Below, in pieces: positions 48,583-60,850 of a stretch of DNA of 62,000 nt. The position numbers and the translations under genes were made by a program. Within the stretch, counting starts at the first letter, position 1. Each line of letters begins with the position of its first letter. Source of the DNA: Vicugna vicugna (taxonomy: Eukaryota); NCBI GenBank assembly GCA_013265495.1, contig MU058636.1, forward strand, positions 9,893,066 through 9,955,065. The letters run 5' to 3'. A model generated the notes under the pieces. The model worked only from the letters and a program-made list of their open reading frames with translations, was not told where the DNA came from and did not search any database.

Positions 48583-48594
48583 CAAGATGGCGGC
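48583..48594 (+). promoter_or_regulatory. Consensus YY1 site
   Basis: CAAGATGGCGGC, a full 12-bp match including the CpG. Confidence 0.45.
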
Positions 48595-50799
48595 CACCAA
48601 CAGAGGCCGCCAAGTCCTCTTCCCCTGCTGAACCCAGAAGGGGATTCAGGCATTCAGGTGCTTCAGGTAGAGGTCAAGCCAGAGAGGCAAAAATTACCCG
48701 CTGACTTCTAGATTTCAACAAACCAGGAAGCAAGAAGCCTGAGGCCACAGGAGCATGAAGAGGTGGCATTTCACATGAGTGACTCTGAAAAAAAAAATTT
48801 TGTTGATGAAAATAATCAATAATAAGAATAGGAAAGAGTCTTGTGCAAGCCAAACTGAGGACTGCATCCTGGAAGTCAGCTTCCCTGATGACTCTGAGAA
48901 ACTGCTCTGGAGAAGCAGGGTTTTCAGCACAGTTTTATACCTTGTCAGAACAAAGAATGTTGAACAAGTCAGGAATACATTTCTTCAAGGTTTAAAAAAA
49001 AAAAAAAAACACAGACCAGCACATACAAAGCAAGTCAGTATGGCCTCAGCAATTGGGAAGGGAATTCTATCATCAAAGGGGTCCTGGCATTGGCGTCCCG
49101 GAAGAGAGGTATTTAATCTTGATTTTGAACATGGACATCCTTTACTCCTGGTTAAGGTGCACTTTTCTTTAATGTAAAGCAGATGTACCATGTATGTTTG
49201 ATAGGCCACAAACAGGCTGTTTTAGTGAGCATAAAATTCAAGTTAACTCATGTATAAGCCAGAACGACTTTCCCTGTTCACCTCAGTATGTGAACGTTAC
49301 TTTTCTCAGTTTTCTTAGCCTCCATCAGGAGCTGGTCATGGCTGTGTGAGAAGGTCTAGTCCTAATGAATAATGAAGTCTTTACTCAAGAGCTGATCTAT
49401 CTAGCCTAGGAGCTTGAAGAAGACGTAAGTGGGTCCATTTGGTAAGACTCTCAGGAAGGTACGAAAGCAGAACACAAACCAAGTCTATTTTAAGGTCTTG
49501 AATGAAATGAAGTTTCAGCAGGTGTGGGTTGAGGCACATGGATTTGTAAATAAAAGTCATGATTCTCAGGGATGATGTGCAGATGAGCCAAATAACATTT
49601 AATGGCTATTTCACAATGTTTTGTATAAATCACATTTTTTCATATAACTCTGAGATGCTTACTTCATATGAGATCTTCCCAAGAGCACCAAGAAAAATGA
49701 CACAGGCCACAGGATAACATTTCACCAAAAAAAGTTATCATGGGGACATTTTCTAAGAGGAAGTACTGCTATCACTTGTAAGTCAAACTTTTTGAGTTCC
49801 TCCATCTTGAAAGAAAAACAAAAATATGGACAAAATGCCACATGAACCTAACAAACCTCAGAGGAGACACAGAACCTCACTCTATCTCTGGGAGGCTAAC
49901 CTTCCCCATGAAGTAGTCAGAACTCTCCCTCCCACTTTATGTATTTCCTATAGATGTACCACCTCCTTTTAAAACAAGATCTGTTTTTCCCTTATGTCGT
50001 GGGGCTTAACGGTTTTTGTTGGAAGCTTTCAGATGTCTCTGAAGTTCTAAAGACAATATCAATGGTCATTATTTAACATTTCCAAAACTTTTATGTGTCT
50101 CTTCTGCATTTTATGACTCAGTTCTTTGAATTTCCCACCCGAGCATCCTCAGCTTCTTTATCCTCTTGACATCGACTTTTGGACTCATGGAAACCATCAG
50201 TGATCCCCTCCTAACTGAATTCAATGGCACGGCTTGGTCCCCATCCTTGCCACCACTCCCTGCCACCCTGTCTTGGCTGTGTTCCTTCCTTACTTCTCTT
50301 TCTGGCCTTGGCTTATGAGATTAACTCCTGGTTCTCCTCCTCTAGCTCCCTCCTTCTGTTTCTGGCAGTGGGTCCAAGGTCCAGTGATGACAAAAGGGGT
50401 CAGACAGGCACAGAATTGATGGAGGCCGGCCAGGGATGAGCCAGGGCTGAGGGTGTGCTCAACGGAAAGGGGCTGATGGCCACTACTCAGCTCTGACCGA
50501 TGCCTGCATCCAGGGAGAGGGGGCCCAGCGCTGTCAGGTGTTGTTCACAATTTTTCAGGGAATCTAGGACTCTGGATTTTTATGGGGACTCTCTTTCTTT
50601 TTAAATGAGAAATTAATTCCAAAACTTTTCTTGCAAATACATGTAAGCCGAACCAGACACGTCAAGGGGCTGGGATCAGCCTGCAAGCTGTGTCTGTGTC
50701 TGCCGCCTCTGCCCCACACGGCTTGCTCAACTCCACCGCACCGATGACTTGGGATCCTGTGGCCAAGAAGGTCATGCGTCAAGCTGGGAGTAAACCAGG

Positions 50800-51330
50800 A
50801 CAGTGGGTAGAGTTGCTTGGTAGGAAACAGAGACATGCTCTTGTTTTGTGCTAAGGAATACCGTATAGAAGACTCCTCCAGGGTGCTGGAGAGTCGGACA
50901 GGGAATTCAGGAGAGACAAAGAGAAGCATCCTGAACTGTGAGCGTCTTTACTGAGCTTTGCTGGCTGCAAAGGAAAAAGGTGTTCCCGGGCTTCCAGCAG
51001 TATTGGCGGTGGAGCGTGGGCACACTTGGCATCCAAGGCAGTTCTAGCAACCGGATAGCAACCGGCAGCAGGACCTCAGTGATCTCTCTCTGCTGTTCCT
51101 CCTTTAACAATCCTCAGTGATTAGCAGATTCCGGCCTCTCCATCGCTTCCCTTCTTGGTCACACTTCCAATTCAATTCCCTCCCAGAAGAAGTCTGTTTG
51201 GCCTAGTTAATCATTTTCTGACCTTATTTGGACGCTGCTTTTGTGCCGGGCTCCCTCACAGGCTGTAAGCCAGGTAGCAATGTAATTCCTTTGAGTCTCT
51301 GCCCTCAGGTCAATGCCCCTAACCCGAAGG
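50800..51330 (-). mobile_element. Old ERVL/MaLR LTR (MLT1/LTR33-like), antisense
   Basis: gttgcttggtaggaaacagagac start; caattccctcccagaagaagtctgtttggcctag...aggtcaatgcccctaaccc resembles the antisense attggccca motif of these LTRs. Confidence 0.45.
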
Positions 51331-52119
51331 CCATCTCCGGTGCTGGAGGCGGGGGGGGGGTTTGTTGGTAAGTCTAGAGCGTGGTCTGCCGGTCACAGCC
51401 TTCTTACCGGAAGTCAGGGTGAGGCAAGGGGCTAAGATACAAGAGATTCCTCTCTCGTCAGTGACCCCGGGACGGCGTGAGGAAGTTACTGAAACTCCTG
51501 GCACAACAAGTGCTCGAATAAGAGTTTCCAAGGAAGAGAAGAAACTGACAGGTTTATAGCACAATTTGTAGAAAACAAAAAGCGCTCAGACAGCGCTCAG
51601 GGGACAAGGGCATCAGTCACAGGGGGAAAAGGGAAAATTGAAGAGGCTGCCATTTTTGTGAGAGTGCTGAATTAACACCTGGCTTTTAGCATCCACAGTG
51701 CTGACTCACGGAGAAAATGAAAAGGTCAGAGAGATGGAAGTCAAAATGTCAGACTGACTGATAAAGCTAGCCCGGAGAAACGGCTCAGACCAGCGGCGGG
51801 TGGGCTTCACCCTGGAAACAGGAGTAGGTACCCATCTTATCACAAGCCAGCGGGAATCACCCGTTCCCATCAGCCCCACAAGCTTTCAGACAAGCAGGCC
51901 GTGAGCAGAGCCGGGCCCACGTCCAGGCAGATGTATGGACCGAGAGCTGCTTTTCTCAAACTTGCCAGAGAAATTCAGGCACTCCTCTCTCTGGCGAAGA
52001 GTGAAACGGAAGCACAGATGTTTCACTTTGTGGTTGAGGTGGGAAAGCAGGTGAAGGGAGCGATGGAGCCCCCTAAGAATTGTCTGGTCAGAGTTCTGTG
52101 CTTTATTTAAAAAACTCAA

Positions 52120-52910
52120 TGAGATAATAAACATACCTGTTGAGCCAAAACTTTTTGAGCACTCAGTACAGGCCAGCAGACGAGGTCCCTGTCCTCACAG
52201 AGCTTACTGGCTGTGGGAAGGCAGGTGTAAAGCAGCTGACCGGAAACAGACATGCATGTAGACACTTGGGCTTTGAAGGAAAAGCATCTGGAACCATGAG
52301 AACAATAATAAAGATGACTTGCCCAGCATGGAGGGGAGCAGATGGTCAGAAAAAGGCTTCCTGGGAGGAGAGACATTTGTGTTGAGATCTGAAGGCAAAG
52401 GTGGGAAGGGAGACCTCCAGGTAGAGGAGCCGAGCGTGTCAAGGTTCCAGGCTGGAAAGGAGAATGGCACCTCACAGAACCAAAGGAGACGGTTTGGGTG
52501 GAGTTGTGAATGATGGGAACGTGCTGGTCCCGCGGGTCCTGACGTGTCCCCCCATCTCCTCCAGCACCAGGAGGGAAACCCACCGAGGGGAACACGGCAG
52601 CTCACAAGGACAAGATGTCAGGCAGGCTAGCAGCCAAGAAACAACAGCAATTTTGTGAAAAAAAAAAAGTTACAAAAATAGGTGCTTTGATAAAAGAAGG
52701 GAAGAACTTCCAAAGGGGGAAGTGACCCACAGCTCTAAGTACCGCTGAGGAGTCCTCTAAGGAGAAAACCGCAGACTCCAAGATGGAGAGTCAGGGTCGC
52801 CACTGGTGGTCTTGGCAAAAGACCACGTCAGTGGACTGATGGGGCTGAAGCAATGGTAGCAGCTGCTCAGCAGAGAAGAGAGGTGGGGGGTCAGCTGGAG
52901 AGAGAAGCAA
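52120..52910 (-). mobile_element. L2 fragment
   Basis: gtccctgtcctcacagagcttac...tggtcagaaaaaggcttcctgggaggagagacatttgtgttgagatctgaagg...gtcgccactggtggtcttggcaa. Confidence 0.75.
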
Positions 52911-53221
52911 AGTCAGGGGACTTTCACTTTGAGATTCACATAAAGTGCTTAGCAGTTTGGGACACATTCAAATATTCAATTAAATAACCTCTCTTCTTGC
53001 TTTGTTTTGTTTTCCTTTCTTTTTAAGAGAGTAAGATCTCTTGCATTGTAGGAATGGAGTAGACTCCGAAAAGAGATCTTGGTTTTCTGATTGCCAGTAG
53101 AGCTAAGAGAAGTCACTCTAGCCTTCGACAGTCATTTACAAAACAATTTTATAAGTGTATAATAAAAGTGTAACCAAAGACAGTGTTAGTATAAAGGGTC
53201 GTGCTATTTAACCTAGGTCCA

Positions 53222-53413
53222 TTTTTTAACTCTTATTTTTATTGAAGTCGATTTACAGTGTTAGCTTCAGGTATACAGCAAAGTGATTCAGTTACACATA
53301 TACATATGTTTTTTTCAGACTCTTTTCCATTACAGCTCATTACAAGAAACTGAGTATAGTTTCCTGTGCTCTACAGTAGGACCTTGTTGTTTATCTCTTT
53401 ATATACAGTAACG
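53222..53413 (-). mobile_element. Cetartiodactyl L1 3' end, antisense
   Basis: tttattgaagtcgatttacagtgttagcttcaggtatacagcaaagtgattcagtt...ctgtgctctacagtaggaccttgttgtttatc. Confidence 0.9.
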
Positions 53414-54578
53414 TGGTCTTAAAGAATGAGTAGACGCTTGACTGTCTTCCAAAGGGCAAGAAAACATTCAGGACAGAGGAGCTTATGGAAAGAGTACGTT
53501 GCTCCTAATTTTTTTTTTTTTACATGCTCCAATCTGGTACCTTCCTTGAACCTAACAACATGAATTTTTAAGAGATTTGGCCACTGAACACAGGCCAACG
53601 GGGCAACATAAATCAGAACCCCATTTCCATGCTCTCACAAGCACCCTCCTTGCAGTACTCAAGGTCAATTCTAATGCACTGAACGAGCAAAACGAAAAAT
53701 TCAAAGCGCACGACCTCCTCAAAGGTTCTCACCTTTTAAAGAGGAAACAGAAACAAAGACACAACAAACCTCCACGTGGAAGCTCACTTTACAAAAGCTT
53801 CTTACACGTTTTTAAATGCCTTGCACTGAATTTGGCGGAGGGGTGGGTGGGTTTAGGCACAGGAAGAATAAGAGCTGGGAAAGGACAAATAACTGGCTGA
53901 TTAGGGCAATGAATGCTGTTGTGTCAAAGCATTTACTCCAGACAGATTCAGCCCTTAGGTGAGAACTTCTTTTTGACTCTAAGTAATTTTTCCTCACATA
54001 ATAAAACTTAAACATTTAAACATAGTTAAAAAAAAATCATCTCTAATGACTGAGTTACCTAGATGAGAAGTAAAATTTCCTGTATGGAAAAGCTTAGAGA
54101 TTGACTCCAAAATTTGACTTCTTGAAACTATTAAGCACCAAACTCTTCTCCCAAATCTCACTCAGCTCTGCTATAGAATGTGAGTCTCTGGAGAGAGCGC
54201 TCTGGCCTCAAGGGCAAGAATGACCCCTAGACCAGGACAGGTGGAGCTGGAGAGCAATCTAAGGATGGGCATGGACCCAGGGAGGGGACCCGCCATTTCT
54301 ATCACCACCTGAATGTTCTTGAATGTTCCCGGGCACCTGGGAGCATTTCCCCGGGTAGCCCAGCGTGTTCAGTGATGGGGCCACCAGCATCCTTCTTGCT
54401 GCTGGTGAGTAAATGGATCCTTGGGCTGAAACACGAAGCACCTGTCAACACCCAGGGAGGGTAATGAGATCAGAGCTTGCAAGGATCCATTACCTTGACT
54501 GCTCTCAGAAGTACAGATGTTTATTGCAGTGTGTGAATGACATCCTACCAGGGCAAGGTTCTTAACTCCTCCGAGTGC

Positions 54579-54745
54579 CATGGTTCTCAAACTTGAATCA
54601 TCTGAAAAGCTTGTTAAAACCCAGATGACTGGTCCTTACCCCCAGAGTTTCTGATTCAGTAGCAACCAAGGATTTTACTTCTCTGACGAGTTCCCAGCAG
54701 TGCTGATGTTGCTGGTCTGGGGACCCCAGTTGGAGAAGCTGGGTC
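54579..54745. mobile_element. MER5A hAT-Charlie MITE
   Basis: tggttctcaaacttgaatca...cttgttaaaacccagat...ccccagagtttctgattcagtag...gctgatgttgctggtctggggacc. Confidence 0.85.
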
Positions 54746-55434
54746 CTAGCAGATCCTTGATTCTCCTGAACTTCCACGCACAATCTGAGCACATAAGCCT
54801 GTGTCATTTTGTCTTTGAATGTGCTTCACAGCTCTCATTAGAATCTCTAAGTGTATTAAACCACAAACAAACAAAAGCCAACAACTTTAAGAATATTTAC
54901 TAATGCAAAATACCAGGTGAAATGCTGACCCCGAAGAGAGGAAAATATACCAGGTTCAGAGAGTGGAAACTCATCGAACAGAGCAAAGTCAGTTCCACAA
55001 TAAGTGTTCAGAGTTGTTGGGTAAGAGCTGGGTAATGGTTGACAGGCACAATCGAAATAAAGAGATCTGGATAGGAATTAATATTCTCACCCTACAGGAA
55101 TTTATTTTTAATTATAGATAATTACACTGAATTACAACAAGATGATTTGAAACATTACGCTAATTCAGAAGTAATAAAGAATGAATTACTGACGCAATCT
55201 TTAAAAAAAATGTAACCTATCAATCAACACTGGATCAGCAGCAGACAAAAGGCTATGATCTGACATTATTATTTTACAGTATTATAGTTAAAACTGGCCT
55301 TCAACTTACTCTTTAAGAGCCCCCAGAGAGCAACGAGATGTCAATACCTTTGGCTCCACGTGGAGCCAAGTAAAGATCTATATCCCTGCGGGCAGCCCTC
55401 CCCATTGGGTGGCTCTCAGAATCCCTTGTCTTTA

Positions 55435-55645
55435 GAGGTAATGGAACACAACATCTTGTGTCCAGTCAGACTTTGGTTCAAATCCCAGCTTTGACCTTTA
55501 CTAGTTACAGGACTTTGAGAAAGTTACTTCCACCTCTCTGAGCCTCATCCGTCAAATGGGAATGAGAGCCTAACACACGAGGCTCTTCTGATGATTAAAT
55601 GATATGATCTGTCAAAATCTCTGACATAGTGGAAATTCAACATGT
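55435..55645 (+). mobile_element. MIR SINE
   Basis: agtcagactttggttcaaatcccagct...aagttacttccacctctctgagcctca. Confidence 0.8.
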
Positions 55646-56149
55646 AGACCAGGTCTTACGCTGGACTGATGTTGCTAGCAGAATCACATTTGGCTCTTAT
55701 GCTTAGAAACTAGCACTTAGACACCCAAGGAGCCCTTCCAGATCCAGTTTTGTTTAACAGGACTTCGTGGTCTGCCTAGCTGTCGTGTAACTAACATCTC
55801 AGGAGGGTTGTGGCTCGCGGTTGAAGGACAGCTCCTGAGCCTGCAGGTCCGGTGAGACCCTTTGGTCGGTGCTGGGAGAAAGTCCTGGGCTTGCTGACTA
55901 AACATCTGCCCGACAGGTATTCTCCCTCCTGCATCTAAGAGACTCCAGACTGAAGACAACAAAGAAGAGTGGGGGAGGGGGGAGTAGATTACAGATGCCC
56001 CCCACGCAGTGGCTGCTGGTTTCTATAGCAAGAGAGCTGATGACTGGCTAGCTTACTCAAAGTGAAAACACTTCATAAAGAAGGGGGGGAAAACCCAGCA
56101 TGAAGCATCATCTATGAGTCAGTTTTGCTTGCATGTTATTACATAATGC

Positions 56150-56272
56150 CCTTTTGAGAGAGGGAAAAAACAGAAAAATATTGCCCAAGTATATAGAGCC
56201 AGTAATTGGCACAGTCCAGATTCAAACTCTGATCTGTCTTACTCCAAATGTCACAGTTAAACCATACTGTCT
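56150..56272 (-). mobile_element. MIR fragment
   Basis: ttgcccaagt...agtaattggcacagtccagattcaaactc...ctgtcttactccaaa. Confidence 0.6.
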
Positions 56273-56654
56273 TTACCAAAATTATTGACTCCTGCTTCAT
56301 AGCACTGCTCTTTTAAGTAGAAAGGGGTAAAAAGATGGTGGGTAGGGGCGAAAAGATGGTGGGCATAGAAGAAGAAAAATGAGAACGGACCTACAACTGT
56401 AAGTAGATCAAGAAAAAAGCACCTTCTCACACACAATCAGAACAAAAAATTAATGGCCAAACACACAGAATCACTTGACACACACGAAAATGATCCACCT
56501 CAGACTGTGAGAACTTCTTTATCTCATCTGGAAGCCCCAGAGGTAACCAGGCTAAATGGCAAAGTCAATGAAGCCAAAGGCCTGTTGGGGGCAGCAGAGA
56601 GTTGGCGCTTCGCAAGCACCTTTGGCTACGCAAACTTGGAGCAGAGGTGGAAGC

Positions 56655-56872
56655 CAACACATTACTGTATATAAAATAGATAAACAACAAGGACCTACTG
56701 CACAGCACAGAGAACTATATTCAATTTCTTATAATAACATATAATAAAAATCTGAAAACAATATGTATATCTGTAGGTATATATATATAACTGAATTGCT
56801 TTGCTATACACATGAAACTAACATTGTATCAATTACACTTCAATTTAAAAAAATAAATTAATTTTAAAAAAG
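56655..56872 (+). mobile_element. Cetartiodactyl L1 3' end
   Basis: tatataaaatagataaacaacaaggacctactgcacagcacagagaactatattcaat...acacttcaattt plus A-rich tail. Confidence 0.9.
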
Positions 56873-57361
56873 GAGAGACTTTATAGAGATAACTGAGAAT
56901 CGGGCTGTGTACAAAGGAGTAAGCTTAGGTTAGGGTAGACCTGGAGACCAGTCTTTGCATTTGGGTCCAGACAGGCATTTACACTTGGGTCAAGGTGGCA
57001 AGAGGCCCCGAACCAGAGAACAAACTGCCCTAGCAGGGAGTTGGAAGACCATGCATTGCTGATGGCGTTAGAGCCCTGGTGGTGTACACCTTGGGGTGTG
57101 AACACGCTCAGCTCTGAGGGACAGGCTTGGCTTAGCTTTCCCACGGTCCCTCGTGGCAAGACTATGGAGCCAGGTGGGCACAGTCCTATTTGGTTACTTG
57201 AATGGCCCTGGAAACCATGTGAGTTTGAAGCTCCTGGCTTTAAATGGACATCACTCCAGGGATAGGTTGGAACACCCATCACTGAAGTTTTAGATGTCAT
57301 AGATGTGAATGGAATTCAGAGCCCACACAATGGAGTGGGCCAACAACAGAGAAAATTTGAC

Positions 57362-57405
57362 CAAAAACAAACAAACAAACAAAAACAAAACAAAACAAAA
57401 CAAAA
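57362..57405. repeat. (CAAA)n/(CAAAA)n simple repeat
   Basis: Seen directly. Confidence 0.9.
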
Positions 57406-57499
57406 CTCAATAAAGGCAATGTCCATGTGCTCATTCAAATCGTAAATTTAAGGAGTACCCACCACGGGTCTGATCTTGTAACCATTCTAGTGAATGCAA

Positions 57500-57900
57500 G
57501 TATGCATTTGGCAAGAACAATGCCCTCCAAAGGGCCGTGTAGCAGGGTAATTGGGGAAATGGAATCTGGACGTAAGAAGATTTGTAATGCTGCCTTGGTA
57601 TCTGTTGAATGCCAAGTAAGAGTGGAAACAATAAGGGACAGAGATATTCTGAAGTTCTCTGAGGTCTGAGATGGTTTAGGTTGACTTCACAAAGAAGTAG
57701 AACATTAACTGGATCTTGGATCGAGGTTCAGCTTAGATGGTTAAGACAATAGAAAGGAGGGTATTCCAAGAATGGGAAACTGCATGAGCTAAGGAGAGGC
57801 AGTGGGGAGGTGCGGGGTATGGTTAGGGACATTGAGCAGATCAGTCTGGCTGAAGTTGTGAATTCATGTGGAAAGAGGGACATGCATCCAGAGATTTTAA
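57500..57900 (-). mobile_element. L2 fragment
   Basis: gacttcacaaagaag...ggagggtattccaagaatgggaaactgcatgagctaagg...cagtctggctgaag. Confidence 0.6.
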
Positions 57901-58799
57901 GAACAATGTCACTTTCAGATTTGTAAGACCATGTATGCTACCGCAGAGCCAGGAAAGTAAGTTTCTAATTCTATCACTGTGTCTCTATCATAGTATTCGG
58001 AGCTCGGTAGGCTCAGTGAATCAACACGATTTGTTCTCTGTACTTTGAGTCCATCTAAAATGCAGAGTTCTCCAAGGTGGGGCTCAGTGATGTGCATCTT
58101 AACAAGTTCCTGGGTGATTCTCACAGCTCTGAGTGCTAGAATCTTTGCTGTGGAGCAAAGAGGCAGCAGGCTTTGGGAGACTTGGAAGTTGAGCTAAGGA
58201 ATATCTGAGTAGATTCTGATCGTAGGGCCGGGGAGGCCAGGAGAGAGAACCCCAGCTACTCTCCTGAGGCTCCTGCTGGCAGAAACACCCTGAATGTATG
58301 CGCTGAGGGGGTAATTTGCACAAGTGGGTGTTAAGAAATAGAAAATAAAGTTCCATCTGGGACACTGAGACCTGCCTCCGAGGAACCAGACAAGCAAGGT
58401 GTCACACACCAGCAGAGATGATTCCTGCTCCCAGGACAGTGTTGCTGCCTTAAGTTTGCCATGGCTCTTAGCATCCTTCCAAAAATGGACCAGCACAGCC
58501 TGGTGGTGTGTAAGAAGCTCCCCAGAGCAAGACAGAATCCCACAGGGGCAGGTCACAGCAGCCAAAGACTGGATCCTTTGGGAAGAATATATGGTTTTAA
58601 TAAGCTATTTAGATTTCTATCTGAAAGTGACAAGGATCTCAGGACATGTGGTTTTTAAGATGGGAGCTGATATATTCAAAAGGACACTTGAGAAGATGAA
58701 TCTGAGACACAGGTATGGATTAAGGGGTTAGAAATCATAGGCAGGGAATCTAGTAAGATCACTGCTAGGGTTTACCTATTACAGTCTGCCCTGTTCTTT

Positions 58800-58935
58800 T
58801 GATGGTTTTCACATCTCCTGCCAGCGTTGATTATTTCCAACTGACTCTCTAAAGTGTAGAGACTCTGTCTTATCAGTCTTTGTGTTTCCCACTATGTACA
58901 GTGCTGAACTGAACTGAGCCATCTCAATCTCCTAG
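58800..58935 (+). mobile_element. L2 3' end
   Basis: agagactctgtcttatcagtctttgtgtttccca...acagtgctg. Confidence 0.5.
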
Positions 58936-58989
58936 TATTGAAAATATATTTGATTTTTAATTCAATGCAAATCATAGCTGTCAGCCTTT

Positions 58990-59435
58990 TTTATTCATTC
59001 AACAAATATCTATTGGATACATATTTTGTGCTAGACGCTGGACTCAACACTGGGAAGAGAATGGTCACCAAAAGAGTGTTACCTGCTGTGATGGGCAGTG
59101 CTATCCACAGACACAAAAGGCAGAGAGTGTGCCAGGACATCTCGGGTGAAGACAACACAAGCAAAGGAGCAGAGGCCCCAGAGAGAACTGTTTCCTCCAT
59201 GGAGTTAAAGTAAGATGCACAGGAGGTGGAGGAAAAGCTCGACCCTGAATGCCCAGCAAAGGAGTTTGAAATTTAGCCTACAGACACTAGGGAGCCATTG
59301 AAGGCTTTGAAGCAGGTGAGTTCATTGACCAGATCTGGCTTTTAGAAAAAAAAATTTCTAACAAAGCACAACATGAACTGGCAAAAGTGGACTCTCGAGT
59401 CCGGTGGACTTGTACTAGGTGGAGTGATATTGCTA
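58990..59435 (-). mobile_element. L2 3' region
   Basis: tattcattcaacaaatatctattgga...gggagccattgaaggctttgaagcagg...gaccagatctggcttttagaaa. Confidence 0.8.
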
Positions 59436-59779
59436 TAGCTCACGGGAAAGATGACAAAGACCCGCGTCGGGGGAGGGGGTGACCTGAAGAGGCCAAAAGG
59501 GCCACAGAAGAGATAAAATCTATAAGGCTAGAGGAGGACCTGAAAATGTCCCTGACCTGATGACCACCCAGACCACACAGGATGCCATTATTAAAATGTG
59601 CCACGAGGAGGAAGAGTCTGTATGAGGCAAACTGACACATTCAGTTCCAGTTCATCCCTCACCTTGCAGTGACAGCGCCCCACAGAACTTCCTGCCTTGG
59701 CCACAGCCCTGCATTGCCCTGAGCGCTCCCGTGGACCACCCTTACTTAACCTCATTATGTACAAACTCATTACCTTCTA

Positions 59780-60000
59780 ATCCAATCAATATCTGTCAGG
59801 CGCCTACAGACGACGACTTTGTTAAAGTTCTGGCAGTAGGTGTCATTTCAGGGAGGGGTGGATAAATGGTGAATTAAGATGTAGTGCCTGCCTTTCGGAA
59901 GCTCACAAGCTAAGAGTCATTGATGTATTCACCCTTCCTGTGAGCCATATCATGTGCTGAGCACCGGATAGACCAGATGAATAAGTTACGGTGCCAGTAA
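59780..60000 (-). mobile_element. L2 3' fragments
   Basis: ggtgaattaagatgtagtgcctgcctttcggaagctcaca. Confidence 0.5.
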
Positions 60001-60684
60001 ATCCATATACAGAGATGAATTAGGTGTTGACACAGCTCTTAGACTAAAACTGACCCTTCTAACTCACAAGTTCAAGTGTCAGTCGATAAGACAATTTTAT
60101 TTTTCTCATTTATTCTTTTTAGAGAGGAGAAATTTATCATTTTAAACATAAAATCTCACCCCTATCTATTTTATGTGTGGAGAGTACATATAACTATTTT
60201 ATTTGAAAAAAAACAATTCTGATGTTCCGAAGTGATGCATAGCCTGACAGTTTAGTAACCACTGGACTAAAATGTGGAGCTTCCCGTCACCCTGGACAAA
60301 AACCGAGGGCTGATACATCACATGTTGCTATGACAGAACCACCGTACAATTCTATGACCCAACCCTAGCTTTGGACAACTTCGTCTAGACCTAATGAGAG
60401 TGCCCACAGGATGCAAACACAGCTGCTTAATTCAGTTTTAAAAATTTAATCGCCCAGATATATTTTTTTTCCTCTAAGACACCAGCCAAGTGTTTGGACT
60501 GATTTTTCTTCCGGAGAATTTAGTGGTTCACATCACATAGACAAGAACTCTGTGTCCAAAGAACTTGGAGTTTCAAACCATGTGATGATGCAATGAGACA
60601 TTTTGACCAAATTCCATCCTGGATTTGATGATTCCACCCTAACGGAGAGGAGTGGCTGCTTCTGGTTTGAACTAGTTCTCGAGG

Positions 60685-60850
60685 CAATGGAGCCTAGCCT
60701 GGTACAAACATCCTTGGACCAGATATGGAAGCTGGCATTTTCGTCCTTGCTCTAACTAGCTGGGCTAACTCACACAGGTTTGCTCATCTGTTAGTGAACT
60801 CTTTGAACCAGTTGATTTCAGAGGCTCCACTCAGCTTTTGAAATGTGACA
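60685..60850 (+). mobile_element. MIR3-like SINE
   Basis: ctctaactagctgggc...tttgctcatctgt...gatttcagaggctcc. Confidence 0.5.

Noticed and set aside
53033..53080. Hairpin aagatctctt-N28-aagagatctt as a pre-miRNA or terminator
   Set aside because: A 10-bp stem with a large loop is too short for a pre-miRNA and is plausible by chance in 62 kb.
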